A stretch of DNA of 64,000 nt from an uncultured Gammaproteobacteria bacterium (GCA_964641255.1 CAZXMM010000001.1:15757-79756), one strand, 5' to 3'. Shown: positions 10,150 through 19,388, counted from the stretch's first letter. Notes: a model not told the origin generated them from the sequence alone. A program made the numbers and translations.

Positions 10150-10497
10150 TTAATGTACTACCTCTCCGGGTAAAATCTCCTTATCAAAAGTATAAAGAAC
10201 CGCTTCGTCTGTTCCCGAAGCCAGCAGCATCCCCCGACTTTCATAGCTAACACCGGCAATTTTAAAATGCTTCGGAGCCAAATTTACCACAAATATCAAC
10301 CTTCTACCAACCAGGCTTTCTGGTTCGTACCACTGGCTGATTCCCGAATAGATAGTTTTTTTTGAAGTTTCGCTGCCAAAATCGACGGTGAGTTCTAGAA
10401 GTTTTTCGCTGCCAGGAACGAGACTAGCTTTAATTACCATTCCCACGCGAAGATCCAATTTTTTAAAATCGTCAAGGGAAATTTCCGGTTTTTCCAT
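10150..10497 (-). CDS. tRNA-binding domain protein (CsaA/Myf/EMAP-like OB fold)
   Basis: LDLRVGMVIKASLVPGSEKLLELTVDFGSE resembles the MetRS C-terminal/CsaA tRNA-binding domain. Confidence 0.65.
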   Translation of the reverse strand: MEKPEISLDDFKKLDLRVGMVIKASLVPGSEKLLELTVDFGSETSKKTIYSGISQWYEPESLVGRRLIFVVNLAPKHFKIAGVSYESRGMLLASGTDEAVLYTFDKEILPGEVVH

Positions 10498-10541
10498 CAG
10501 TGGATTCTACCATGTTTGGTCCCTAAGATCTGGGAGAAAAC

Positions 10542-11087
10542 CTAGGCAAAGAAAGATATATCGGGGTCCAGGGGATGGTAACCGAGTATTTCTAGCCCTC
10601 TATAAAGAAGGTTCGCCTTGGTGGGTTCGATTGATTCGGCCAAACTAATTAGCTTGGCTAGGGTCAACCAATAACAGTTAACAATGGTGGGCGAAGAAAA
10701 AGATTTAAGTTGACCACCATCCAGCTCCGCCCCAAAGACCAGATAGTCTTTGCCCAGAGCAAAGCCGTCTCTTTTTGGACGACCCAGCAAATATGGGAGT
10801 CGCTCGTGAAAGAGAAAGCGAATTTTACTCACGTTAAATATCCCCGCTTCTTCCCAAACCTTCCGCCTCACCGCCTCAGTCGCCGTCTCCGCCGGCCGAA
10901 TTCGTCCCTGAACACAATAGTCGTAGCCATAGCGGTCGTGAACCAAGAGAAACTCGGGTTCTTTATTAACGGGGTCATACCGAGCTACCAGACAGACGGC
11001 CACCGGTGAGTAAAGTTTCTCCTGATGGTCTTCCCGAATTATTTCCCCAATCCGGTGGTTTAAAAAGGCTTCTTGGATAGCGGTCAT
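10542..11087 (-). CDS. NUDIX-family hydrolase (degenerate Nudix box)
   Basis: GRIRPAETATEAVRRKVWEEAGI fits GX5EX7R-UXEEXGU with one deviation. Confidence 0.5.
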   Translation of the reverse strand: MTAIQEAFLNHRIGEIIREDHQEKLYSPVAVCLVARYDPVNKEPEFLLVHDRYGYDYCVQGRIRPAETATEAVRRKVWEEAGIFNVSKIRFLFHERLPYLLGRPKRDGFALGKDYLVFGAELDGGQLKSFSSPTIVNCYWLTLAKLISLAESIEPTKANLLYRGLEILGYHPLDPDISFFA

Positions 11088-11201
11088 GGCAACTATTATT
11101 CCTTGCCATCCCTACCACTGCTTGAGGGGAATATGACCAAAAGGTAGCAACGTAAGAACAATTAACTAATCACAACCTGAAGTTTTCTAGTCAGACAGAA
11201 C

Positions 11202-12203
11202 TCAGAAGTGGTAATCCATCTTCATGGCTTGCCGAACTTTTTCCAGAGTTTTTTGGGTTTCCAGGCGAGTTACCCTAGTGCCTTCTTTCAAAATATCTCT
11301 GACTTCATCAAGGTGAGTCTCGTAGTAGCTGCGGCGCTCTCTAATGGGATCAAGAAAAGTGTTCAACACTTTCGCCAGCTTGTCTTTAACTTCGACATCG
11401 CCGACCGTCCCCTTGCGGTAGCGGTCTTTGAGTTCCGCCACCTCCATAGCATCGGGATTAAAGATTTCGTGGTAAATAAAGACAGGGTTTCCTTCTACCC
11501 TGCCCGGGTCAGTAGGGTGGATGCGGTGGGGATCGGTGTACATTTTTTTGACTGTTTCCTTCACTTCTTGTTCGCTAGCGGAGAGCATGATGGTGTTACC
11601 CAGACTTTTGCCCATCTTGGGGTTGCCGTCGGTACCGATGAGTTTACCTATAGACCCCACAAGGGCCTCAGGCCTAACCAAAACTTCACCGTACAAGGAA
11701 TTAAACTTATCCACGATTTCTCGGGTTTGTTCGATATGCGCTACTTGGTCTTTGCCCACCGGGACCAAGTGGGCTCCCACACAGGTAATATCGGCCGCTT
11801 GAAAGATGGGATAATTGACAAATCCCAGAGAGAACTGTTCCCCTAGCCCTTTCATAACAATTTCATCTTTGACTGTAGGATTGCGCATAGCCCTGGCGTG
11901 GGACACGAGCATGGAATAAATTGCGGCTAGTTCATAGATTTCCGGGACTTGTGATTCGACAAAAATGTGCACTTTTTTGGGATCAAGACCCACCGCCAGA
12001 TTATCAATAGCAACCTCGAGTGTGGATTCACGAACTTTATCTGGGTACTCAGACAGGGTCGTAAAGGCGTGCAAATCAGCCAGGATAATAAACTCTTCAT
12101 ATTCATCTTGAAGTTTAACCCGATTTTCCAAAGTTCCCACAAAGTGCCCAACGTGCAATTTGCCCGTAGGGGTGTCGCCAGTGAGAATGCGCTTCTTATT
12201 CAT
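11202..12203 (-). CDS. trpS: tryptophan--tRNA ligase
   Basis: Class I HIGH motif (TGDTPTGKLHVGHFVG) and a KMSKS-like PKMGKSLGN. 333 aa is typical of TrpRS. The upstream T-box carries a UGG specifier. Confidence 0.85.
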   Translation of the reverse strand: MNKKRILTGDTPTGKLHVGHFVGTLENRVKLQDEYEEFIILADLHAFTTLSEYPDKVRESTLEVAIDNLAVGLDPKKVHIFVESQVPEIYELAAIYSMLVSHARAMRNPTVKDEIVMKGLGEQFSLGFVNYPIFQAADITCVGAHLVPVGKDQVAHIEQTREIVDKFNSLYGEVLVRPEALVGSIGKLIGTDGNPKMGKSLGNTIMLSASEQEVKETVKKMYTDPHRIHPTDPGRVEGNPVFIYHEIFNPDAMEVAELKDRYRKGTVGDVEVKDKLAKVLNTFLDPIRERRSYYETHLDEVRDILKEGTRVTRLETQKTLEKVRQAMKMDYHF

Positions 12204-12381
12204 AAAACCATTGTATAGCTAATTAACAAACAAAAAAGCCCTTGGAAAGTCTGAAAACTTCAAACTTTTCAAGGGCCCTCTCGGGGGTGCCACCCTCATC
12301 TGTCAATCCATACGGAATTGACCTTAATTATTTTCTCCCCTCCCCGGTTCCATCCCTCCGGATCAACAGGTTTATTAAGAC
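12204..12381 (-). promoter_or_regulatory. T-box riboswitch leader (Trp specifier UGG) upstream of trpS
   Basis: Minus-strand reading gives TTGCTA-N16-TATAAT (12415-12388), then a specifier hairpin CCGGAGGGAUGGAACCGG with UGG at 12352-12350, then the T-box AGGGUGGCACCCCCGAG (rc of 12288-12304). Confidence 0.6.
12232..12286 (-). terminator. intrinsic terminator of the T-box leader (13-bp stem plus U6)
   Basis: GCCCTTGAAAAGT...ACTTTCCAAGGGC followed by TTTTTTG on the minus strand, directly downstream of the T-box sequence. Confidence 0.6.
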
Positions 12382-12404
12382 GAAATTATTATACTAAAAC
12401 CTGC

Positions 12405-12740
12405 CTATTTAGCAATGAGGTGAAGAAACGAGCTAACTAGGGAGAGAACCAGACTAAAGGCCAGAGCCCACCAAAAATTGGCTACTGTAAATCCGGGAAC
12501 TACACTGCCAACCAGCCACACTACGGCTGCATTGATAACAAAAAGGAAGAGTCCCAGGGTTAAGACGGTGATCGGCAGCGTCAAAATGACTAAGATTGGC
12601 TTTAAAAAAACGTTAACTGCTCCTAAAACAACCGCCACAATAACAGCGGTCATAAAATCCGCCACCCGGACACCCGGAAGCACGTAGGCGGTAATAAACA
12701 CCGCTAGTCCTGACACCAGAAGATTAACAATTAATTTCAT
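12405..12740 (-). CDS. DUF360/YvlD-like 4-TM membrane protein (putative phage-holin-4 family)
   Basis: 111 aa with four hydrophobic helices, matching the holin-family-4 / DUF360 pattern. Confidence 0.45.
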   Translation of the reverse strand: MKLIVNLLVSGLAVFITAYVLPGVRVADFMTAVIVAVVLGAVNVFLKPILVILTLPITVLTLGLFLFVINAAVVWLVGSVVPGFTVANFWWALAFSLVLSLVSSFLHLIAK

Positions 12741-12755
12741 AAATTTAAAAGCACT

Positions 12756-13343
12756 CTAAAAGCTTTTTTGCTCAATTACTCCCCTAACCACTGCCCCCAC
12801 CACTTTACCCGACTGGTCTTTGACCGGAATAATTACCTCTTTATTATCAAAAAGATAGGTATAGTCGTCCCAAGTCAGTCTTTCCACTTTACCCTCTAGT
12901 AAATCTTTAACTTTTTGCTCGGGCTCACCCAATGAGGCCGATCCCATCTCCCCCGACAGACGAAGGTAACCTACTTCCCGCCCCTTCTTACTGCTAAAGA
13001 AAAAGGCCGTCGAGCTCCAGTCAACTAAATCGTGGCTGAGCTCACTGGTAATCCGGTCAGCAAGAGTCTGGTCTTGGTAACAGTCACTGTTGTAATTAAC
13101 GCTATAGTAATTATTATGAAAAGCACAAAAATCATATTGGGCCGAAGCACTGGCTAAAATTGCCAGTAGAGCTGGTCTATTTTTAGCAATATAGGCCTCG
13201 GTTTCAGTAGCGTAGCGTTGGTAGACTCGCTCCTGTCGCTGCTTACTAAGGAGAGTTAACACACCAATGGCCACAGCCAAAAAAAGCGTAAATCCCATTA
13301 ACCACAGTAGCGGTTTGCCAAAATGCAGAGATTTATCCCTCAT
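12756..13343 (-). CDS. hypothetical membrane-anchored protein
   Basis: N-terminal TM helix (LLWLMGFTLFLAVAIGVLTLL) then a soluble domain. No family recognised. Confidence 0.4.
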   Translation of the reverse strand: MRDKSLHFGKPLLWLMGFTLFLAVAIGVLTLLSKQRQERVYQRYATETEAYIAKNRPALLAILASASAQYDFCAFHNNYYSVNYNSDCYQDQTLADRITSELSHDLVDWSSTAFFFSSKKGREVGYLRLSGEMGSASLGEPEQKVKDLLEGKVERLTWDDYTYLFDNKEVIIPVKDQSGKVVGAVVRGVIEQKSF

Positions 13344-13600
13344 TGGTGCTTTTTCTCAGTCAACAAATCAGAATTAATCGCCAGGATACTAAGATTGAGC
13401 ATGATGTTAACTAGCACCGAGGACACAATAATCGTCAGCATCGACACTAGTACAAAACCAAGTACCTTTTCAATATCCGGAGTAAAAATATCCCAACTAA
13501 AAAATTGGTCGGCCATAAACAAAATGGCCCCAATAGTCAAAAAGAGCAGGAGAAACACTGCCAGAGAAGCCGTCAGTCGTTCCAGTTTGCGTCTATCCAT
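13340..13600 (-). CDS. hypothetical small 2-TM membrane protein
   Basis: 86-aa hydrophobic ORF overlapping the downstream gene by 4 nt. Confidence 0.35.
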   Translation of the reverse strand: MDRRKLERLTASLAVFLLLFLTIGAILFMADQFFSWDIFTPDIEKVLGFVLVSMLTIIVSSVLVNIMLNLSILAINSDLLTEKKHQ

Positions 13601-13865
13601 GTAAGTAGCATTATATCAACTGGTTGCAAACCGAGTCCAGATTCTAGATTGGCTCTAGGCTCTCACGATTAAATCCTCTCCCGTTTCGCTACGGGCGATT
13701 GACACTGAGCACAAAAAAAACTAAAATTGCTCATAGCAACGCGGGGTAGTGTAAAGTTGCATGTCAGGCTAGTAGAAGTGGGCCCTATGAGGAGTAATCT
13801 TCATAAGAAAATTTGGCTATATCGGTGGACAACCTCAATGTAAGTTGGGGTCAATACCGAGGGAA

Positions 13866-13885
13866 CCCAAGAAGACATTCTTGGG
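13866..13885. repeat. perfect inverted repeat CCCAAGAA-gaca-TTCTTGGG, candidate att/recombinase site
   Basis: 8-bp perfect arms with no adjacent U-run, about 70 bp from the serine recombinase stop. Confidence 0.45.
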
Positions 13886-13914
13886 ACTCCGTAGAGACTA
13901 AACGCCAAGCTCCC

Positions 13915-13929
13915 GCACTAAGTTAGTGC
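13915..13929. repeat. 15-bp perfect palindrome GCACTAAGTTAGTGC
   Basis: Seen directly, 24 bp downstream of the recombinase stop. Confidence 0.45.
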
Positions 13930-13952
13930 AGGATGATGATATAGTCCTACCC

Positions 13953-15725
13953 TTACAGTAATGTAAGAAGGTGCATAATCTGACGGTCCCAGTGCGATTC
14001 TGGGCCCCGCAACAAAGTAGGAACAGCCGAGACAAACTCGGCTGTTTTTGTTACATCGACGGTCTCCTCATTAGGTACAATCCTTTTCCCAATAATTGGA
14101 ACCTGCTTTTTCATCTCGACAATCTTTTCAAAGTAAAACGGACTGTCAAAATCAACTGTTTTATCTTGGAGGGTTAGGTGCAATCCACTTAACCCAATAA
14201 AGATATCGCGTTTGACTTTCGGATCAGTGGTTATGGCGAATGTCTTGCGAGCCTGGGCAGCAAAAGAAATAACTTTAACAGTTTCGTCATTGGCTTGGAT
14301 CATTCGCTCGTCAATGTTGCCGATTTGTTTTTCCACCACTTTAATTCCCGCTTCAAGTTCGAGCTTTCTTATTTTGAATTCCTCGTCACTTAACAAACTA
14401 CCATCAGTATTGGCTGGTGAGATCTTGAGAGCTACCAAGTTGTCTAGTCGCTTCCTAGAGTCATCGTAGGCTTTCTTAGTGGCATCGATAGTAGTCTCCC
14501 GAAACTGTTTCTCTTCCTCCTGCATTAAGCGAAGTTGGTCAATGGCCCATTCGAGAAAAAGGGGACTAAGCTCTATCTCTGCTAATCGCTGGTCAGTCTG
14601 CCGTTCCAATTCTTTGTCGCTGATGGAAAGCTCTTTGCAAAGTTTGCTTTTCTTGCGGCCACAACGGTTGTAAACGTAGTAGCGCATGGTCGGGTTAGTC
14701 ATGTCCTTAATGAAAGTGTCGCAGTGGGGACAATGATCTTGAACCTTTTTCGTGAGTTGAAATTTAGTCCGACAGTTAGTGCAGACTACTTGCCATTTTC
14801 CGTCTGTTACAACACCGGATGCACAAAAACCACACTTCATAGTGTGGGCATAGGTGTAGTTATGCTTGGTCTTGTACTGACTGACCTTCCCAAGTTTTAT
14901 TTGAACTTGCTCAAATACTTCAGGACTTATAGCCCGTTCAAGAGTAGGATTACTTTCAAACCAGTTGCCGCTTCCCACGGGATATTCAAACTTACCGCTA
15001 TAGAAAGGATTATTAAGAATCATATAAACTTCACTGAGGCAAAGTGGCCTTCCGCCAATCCTTTTCTTTTGTGGAGTAGTGAGGTGCCACTCTTCCTGGC
15101 TAAGCCGAAGGATTTCTGTTACCGGAGTGCCACTCAAAAAGAGCTCGAAGACTTTCTTTACAAACGGGAAGCGTTCCGGATCGAGGTATATCCGGCGTAG
15201 ACCACTCTCCGTGCCTTTGTCGTTAAGGTAACCTAGCGGCGCCCAGCCGGGCCGCCAGCCCTCTCGACATTTTTTCTCTAGTCCTCGTGAGACCACGATA
15301 CTCTTGTCATCACTATCCTTCTTAGAATTAGCAAACTCGACAGAAAGCATCCACTTGTCTTCCGGGGTATTTCGATAAATCCGGCTTGGTGTCCTGATTT
15401 CAATTAGCTTGCCCATATCCATAAGGTTAATGACGTCTCCTCCGTCTGACATGTTTCTTGCCAAGCGGTTGGCGTGCCAAGTGGCTATAGCATTAGCTTT
15501 ACCGGTGTCAATGAGGGAGAGCATTTCGCTAAATTTTTCTCTCTGTCGAGGTATGTGGGCAGATTTGCTTTCCTGAAGAATGTCGATTATTGTAAGTCCT
15601 TGTTTAGATTTTAAGCCCTCAAGAATAAAGAGTTGGTCCGGCAACGAAGCCGCCTGTCTTTCCTTATTATCTTCCGAGCTCTTTCGTGCGTAGCCAATAT
15701 ATTTTAGAGTAACTTGAGTGTCCAT
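13953..15725 (-). CDS. large serine recombinase (resolvase/invertase N-terminal domain, recombinase domain, zinc ribbon)
   Basis: YIGYARKSSEDN catalytic-Ser region, long recombinase domain, CGFC...CTNC...CPHC zinc ribbon, C-terminal coiled coil. ATG at 15725; the track ORF starts further upstream. Confidence 0.8.
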   Translation of the reverse strand: MDTQVTLKYIGYARKSSEDNKERQAASLPDQLFILEGLKSKQGLTIIDILQESKSAHIPRQREKFSEMLSLIDTGKANAIATWHANRLARNMSDGGDVINLMDMGKLIEIRTPSRIYRNTPEDKWMLSVEFANSKKDSDDKSIVVSRGLEKKCREGWRPGWAPLGYLNDKGTESGLRRIYLDPERFPFVKKVFELFLSGTPVTEILRLSQEEWHLTTPQKKRIGGRPLCLSEVYMILNNPFYSGKFEYPVGSGNWFESNPTLERAISPEVFEQVQIKLGKVSQYKTKHNYTYAHTMKCGFCASGVVTDGKWQVVCTNCRTKFQLTKKVQDHCPHCDTFIKDMTNPTMRYYVYNRCGRKKSKLCKELSISDKELERQTDQRLAEIELSPLFLEWAIDQLRLMQEEEKQFRETTIDATKKAYDDSRKRLDNLVALKISPANTDGSLLSDEEFKIRKLELEAGIKVVEKQIGNIDERMIQANDETVKVISFAAQARKTFAITTDPKVKRDIFIGLSGLHLTLQDKTVDFDSPFYFEKIVEMKKQVPIIGKRIVPNEETVDVTKTAEFVSAVPTLLRGPESHWDRQIMHLLTLL

Positions 15726-15843
15726 AATAATGCCCCCGCCGGTTGTAGTCAGAACGGTGAAGTCCTGTCCGACGAGGGCATTAAAAAACTCCACCGAAAG
15801 TTCTGACTACACTTTAATTATTTAGCTGTTCTTTATGATTGTC

Positions 15844-15996
15844 AAATTAAGATTTTTTACCATTACCATAGATTGCTTTAACAATCCAGATAAGCCTTCT
15901 TGAGTATTCGTGAGCTTCTTGTTCGGTCAATATGACTCCATATTCCTCGAAATACAGTTTCTTAAATTTCTCTATAGCTTGTTGAGACAATCGCAT
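15844..15996 (-). CDS. small hypothetical ORF (50 aa), not in the supplied track
   Basis: ATG lies 2 nt after the stop of the upstream gene. Translates MRLSQQAIEKFKKLYFEEYGVILTEQEAHEYSRRLIWIVKAIYGNGKKS. Confidence 0.25.
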
Positions 15997-15998
15997 GT

Positions 15999-16250
15999 CT
16001 AGCCCTCTTCCCTAAAAGCATCAAAAGCCAGCATTAAGTCTTCTTCGGTTTCATACCACCCATCGTTCCAGAAATCTGACATTTCTCCGTAGCTGTCTTC
16101 ATGCTTGCCATAGGAAATCCGCAGATAGACTTTTATTGGCCCATGTTGCCAATTTATCGTGCGTATAATTTTCAAAAAACGGCGCAAAGAACCTGTTCCG
16201 ACCCTAATGACCTCCACATCGTTTTTAATGATTTTTAGTATGTACTTCAT
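15999..16250 (-). CDS. hypothetical protein (83 aa)
   Basis: ORF overlaps the upstream gene by 4 nt, suggesting an operon. No family recognised. Confidence 0.4.
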   Translation of the reverse strand: MKYILKIIKNDVEVIRVGTGSLRRFLKIIRTINWQHGPIKVYLRISYGKHEDSYGEMSDFWNDGWYETEEDLMLAFDAFREEG

Positions 16251-16810
16251 GCCTTGTCGGTTGATTTACTACGATTTTTTCGTCTTCTTGGCTTTCGATG
16301 CCCGATTGCTGAAGTAAAATACTTCGCCGGATTTTCAAATGTTTTCCAACCTCCCGTAGAGCTTTTAAGCATTTCATTCAGAGTTCTATTAATTGCTCGG
16401 GGGTTGTGACGTTGGGCAATATATAACCAATGATTTGGCTTTTCGGGCCAAGGCCATTCCTTGAAGAGTTCACCTAACAGCGCGGCTACTTCCATAGGAG
16501 GGGTAAGGTAATTGCTATTTTTTAGTTTGCTGATAAGTGATAGCTTAGGCTCGGTAAACTCGAAGTTACCTTCTTGTTTACAAGTACCACTAACCAATCC
16601 ACTAACACTTCCATTCTCACTCTCAATCGCTGTGTTAATAGTTTCATAAGGTTTGCTCTTAACTGGGTGAGACTCGGCAATAGCCTCGCAAGCCAGAAGT
16701 TGATCTTCAATGGACAAGCCACAGTCGGGATCATAACGTGCCCCGTAGCTCTCGATTTTGCGGATCAATCTATTTTTGTAGGTATTCTCCCTATCCATAA
16801 GCAATAACAA
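16247..16810 (-). CDS. hypothetical protein with basic C-terminal tail (possibly DNA-binding)
   Basis: 187 aa ending GHRKPRRRKNRSKSTDKA. No family recognised. Confidence 0.4.
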   Translation of the reverse strand: MLLLMDRENTYKNRLIRKIESYGARYDPDCGLSIEDQLLACEAIAESHPVKSKPYETINTAIESENGSVSGLVSGTCKQEGNFEFTEPKLSLISKLKNSNYLTPPMEVAALLGELFKEWPWPEKPNHWLYIAQRHNPRAINRTLNEMLKSSTGGWKTFENPAKYFTSAIGHRKPRRRKNRSKSTDKA

Positions 16811-16856
16811 AAAACCTGCACCGTTGGGAGCCGATGCAGGTTTTGTCTCCCAACGA
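16809..16856. promoter_or_regulatory. two mutually exclusive 8-9-bp hairpins plus a U-run, immediately upstream of the 16810 start (attenuator-like or bidirectional terminator)
   Basis: AACCTGCA...TGCAGGTT with flanking A5/T5, and CGTTGGGAG...CTCCCAACG, sharing sequence. Seen directly. Confidence 0.4.
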
Positions 16857-17015
16857 TAGTTTTGGGATATCCTATCGAAGGAAGTAATTGGTAGGTACTA
16901 GATAATTGGGGTAAACCCCTTGGCTACATTTGCACTGTGCGAATTGTGCTCAGAGATCCTTTGTTAAATTCCAGGAATATCTTTCCATTATCTAGATGCG
17001 GGGACGACGTCCTTA

Positions 17016-17216
17016 TTGATATTATTTGCCAGTCTAGTACTAATCTCCATGACTATTCCACTCTTATCAGCACGAGAATACCGTTTGAAATATGGAATTA
17101 GAAAAAGTACTTTTTATGACAGAGTGAGGAAAAACAAAATTGTGGCTTTCAAAGTCTCGCCGAGAAAACTTTGGTTGTTGCCCCTGTCGTATCGCATTAG
17201 CAGCATAAGTTATTAG
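17016..17216 (+). CDS. excisionase/AlpA-like HTH (HTH_17) small DNA-binding protein
   Basis: LLSAREYRLKYGIRKSTFYDRVRKNKIVAFKVSPRKLWLL aligns with the Xis/AlpA pattern (L-s-e-a-l-gv-sr-T-y-w---G-lp--kig-r-w). The start codon is uncertain. Confidence 0.4.
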   Translation: MILFASLVLISMTIPLLSAREYRLKYGIRKSTFYDRVRKNKIVAFKVSPRKLWLLPLSYRISSISY

Positions 17217-17288
17217 GCCCGATCATGTCTGGACGTCAACTAATCTTTGGATGCCCTCCCCGCCTTGCGGTTGCTCCCGGTACCGGCT

Positions 17289-17501
17289 CTACCTAAAAAG
17301 TTCGCTTACGGAGATTCTTAATGCTTTAGCCAAACTAGATATTTTCTCAAGGGAGGGATTACGCTCGCCCCGTTCGATTGCACCCATGTAGCTTCTCTCA
17401 ATACCAGCAATATGAGCGAGTGCCTCTTGGCTTGGTCCCATCTGCTTTCTTAGTTTTCTGATATTTTCGCCGAAGTTTTTCTGGACTTTCGTATTGGCCA
17501 T
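17289..17501 (-). CDS. XRE-family (Cro/CI-like) HTH transcriptional regulator
   Basis: IRKLRKQMGPSQEALAHIAGIERSYMGAIERGERNPSLEKISSLAKAL is a canonical HTH_3 domain. ATG at 17501; the track ORF begins at a TTG at 17510. Confidence 0.75.
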   Translation of the reverse strand: MANTKVQKNFGENIRKLRKQMGPSQEALAHIAGIERSYMGAIERGERNPSLEKISSLAKALRISVSELFR

Positions 17502-17540
17502 ATTGACCAATTGTCGACACCAGTGCTACTATGAGTCCAC

Positions 17541-17566
17541 GTGATATATCACTCAGTAATGAGTGA
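17541..17566. promoter_or_regulatory. composite palindromic operator candidate between the XRE gene and the divergent operon
   Basis: GTGATATATCAC (12-bp perfect palindrome) overlapping TCACTCA-gtaa-TGAGTGA (7-bp arms). Confidence 0.45.
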
Positions 17567-17604
17567 TTAGCTCGTAACAGGGCTATCTTAGATGGAGATG
17601 TAAT

Positions 17605-17859
17605 ATGAAGAGGTATCTCACCGAAAGTGAGACCAACAAAGACCCGCTTCTTAGAACCCTTGCAAATGTGGAGCCGGTGGTGGGATGGATTGTCTACATC
17701 GGGATTGGTATTTATTTCATCCTCACTTGGAATTTCTATGTCACCGCCGTCACTTTCCTCATCTATACGTTTATCATTTCTCCTCTGCTTGTTGAATTTG
17801 TTTTAGACCGTTTGATGATGGCAATCTACTACTTAATTAGGGGGATGCCAAAAATATAA
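17605..17859 (+). CDS. hypothetical 2-TM membrane protein
   Basis: 84 aa. GGAG Shine-Dalgarno sits 8 nt upstream. The stop overlaps the next start (TAATG). Confidence 0.45.
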   Translation: MKRYLTESETNKDPLLRTLANVEPVVGWIVYIGIGIYFILTWNFYVTAVTFLIYTFIISPLLVEFVLDRLMMAIYYLIRGMPKI

Positions 17860-18479
17860 TGTTTGGCTTTTTTAAATCACCTAAAGACAGCTTTTATGAA
17901 CAATTGAAACGAGCGACGTATGAAGCCGCCATACTGGTCGACAAAAAGGATATAACAGGTAAAGAAAAAAACGTTTTGTACAGTATTATCGCAACCGGAG
18001 GATTATTCCCGACTATTTACTCACAGCCTCTCGATCTTGGTGATGGCAAATTATTAATAAGTGACGCAGATTTTGAATGTACGAGAGACAAAAAGCCCGG
18101 TGCTCTTTTACCAATTTTTTGTGTTTATTGCCTCTTTAACCTAATTGAAGTATCGAAAAACGATAAAGTCTTTGGGGCAAGATTTAACAAAATATTGCCG
18201 GGAGTGAAGACTGTCCTCTCCGAAGTAACGGATCTTGAACCAAAAGGTATTGACACTCTATTAGATCAACTCGAAGAGCGGGAAGGTGAGGATGGCATCG
18301 GGGCCGTTTATCCTCTCATGTACGCCCAGCCATTAGAGCTTATTTTTGGGTCTGACAGAGCAAAATCAATTCTCTTGGAATTATCTAAAAATCCTCTAGG
18401 TTCAACAGGCATTTCCTTGGCAATTCCATCAATGTTCATCGATTTCATCAAGGGTGTAAAGACGGAGCTTGCCGAATAG
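17859..18479 (+). CDS. hypothetical protein (206 aa)
   Basis: Translationally coupled to the upstream ORF. No family recognised. Confidence 0.45.
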   Translation: MFGFFKSPKDSFYEQLKRATYEAAILVDKKDITGKEKNVLYSIIATGGLFPTIYSQPLDLGDGKLLISDADFECTRDKKPGALLPIFCVYCLFNLIEVSKNDKVFGARFNKILPGVKTVLSEVTDLEPKGIDTLLDQLEEREGEDGIGAVYPLMYAQPLELIFGSDRAKSILLELSKNPLGSTGISLAIPSMFIDFIKGVKTELAE

Positions 18480-18574
18480 TTAGTCATGGTCATTCTCTGT
18501 CCAGCTTCGCAGCACTGCTTGTCCCAATAGCCATCCCCCCCCAACTCCCTAAATCTAGTTATAATAATCTCTCT

Positions 18575-19351
18575 ATGAAGTTGGGCGAACTAATCGAAAA
18601 AGTTACAATTCCATCAAAGCCGGTTAGAGTAATTATTCCTGTAAACGGTAAGCACAAGGCACTATTCTTTCTGGGAACAACAGCAGACGGGAGTCTTATG
18701 GTGGATCCTTCAATTGGATGCAGTTTCGATAATTGGCGGTATAGTTTTTGTACCGTTCCCAGGGGAAAAGTGCAAAATATAAGCGTCCCACTAGATCAAA
18801 AATCGATGATAGAATCCGGGAAAATTGGACCTAAAATTACTTATCATAAGAGTGGCTTTGTAAAGGTAGGTAAAACCAAGCTGTTGGAACCAGTTAGTAT
18901 TTGGGCAACCCCCCTGGATATTGCGTTTGGGCACCTGTTTACATATCAGGCTAAGGGTTTCCAGGGATTCAATTCTGTTACTACGCCCAATCCCAAATAC
19001 TCCGACATAATGCCAATAATACCAGCAGGATTAAAAACGCTAAAAATAGTTGCTCATGCGGGGAAATTGGAACACCTTATACCAACAATGGATCAAGTAA
19101 ATATATCGACACTTAGCAGACCAAATAGGATCTTTGAGAAGGACAATGGTAACTTGACAGAGATATCACTTTTCAAAATTAGCATAGCTTCGAGAGATAT
19201 CTGGATAAAATTAACGTATATTCCAAATTTTATCCTGACCCAGAACCCACAACCTAGCATAAATAGTTTGATTGGCTGGGATCAAGATAAAGCCGACGAT
19301 CTCAGAAAACCACTTAAGTTCGTAGCAATAGCAGCGGGGGGCGACTGGTAA
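18575..19351 (+). CDS. hypothetical protein (258 aa)
   Basis: TATAAT box upstream. Followed by conserved 3' motif copy 1. Confidence 0.45.
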   Translation: MKLGELIEKVTIPSKPVRVIIPVNGKHKALFFLGTTADGSLMVDPSIGCSFDNWRYSFCTVPRGKVQNISVPLDQKSMIESGKIGPKITYHKSGFVKVGKTKLLEPVSIWATPLDIAFGHLFTYQAKGFQGFNSVTTPNPKYSDIMPIIPAGLKTLKIVAHAGKLEHLIPTMDQVNISTLSRPNRIFEKDNGNLTEISLFKISIASRDIWIKLTYIPNFILTQNPQPSINSLIGWDQDKADDLRKPLKFVAIAAGGDW

Positions 19352-19388
19352 TTAATTCCCAAAACTAGATATTGGTATTTCGAGGAAC

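Noticed and set aside
11208-11846. Antisense ORFs embedded in conserved genes (for example 11208-11846, 25245-25622, 54366-54872, 5417-5668, 39239-39517)
   Set aside because: They lie opposite well-supported genes (trpS, the ATPase, the PBP, NUDIX, the dehydrogenase) and have no features of their own. They are likely spurious.
3229-17519. Shared 9-mer TGTCGACAC at both the TrmB region (3229) and the XRE region (17511)
   Set aside because: A 9-bp match twice in 64 kb is within chance expectation, and the flanking sequences differ.
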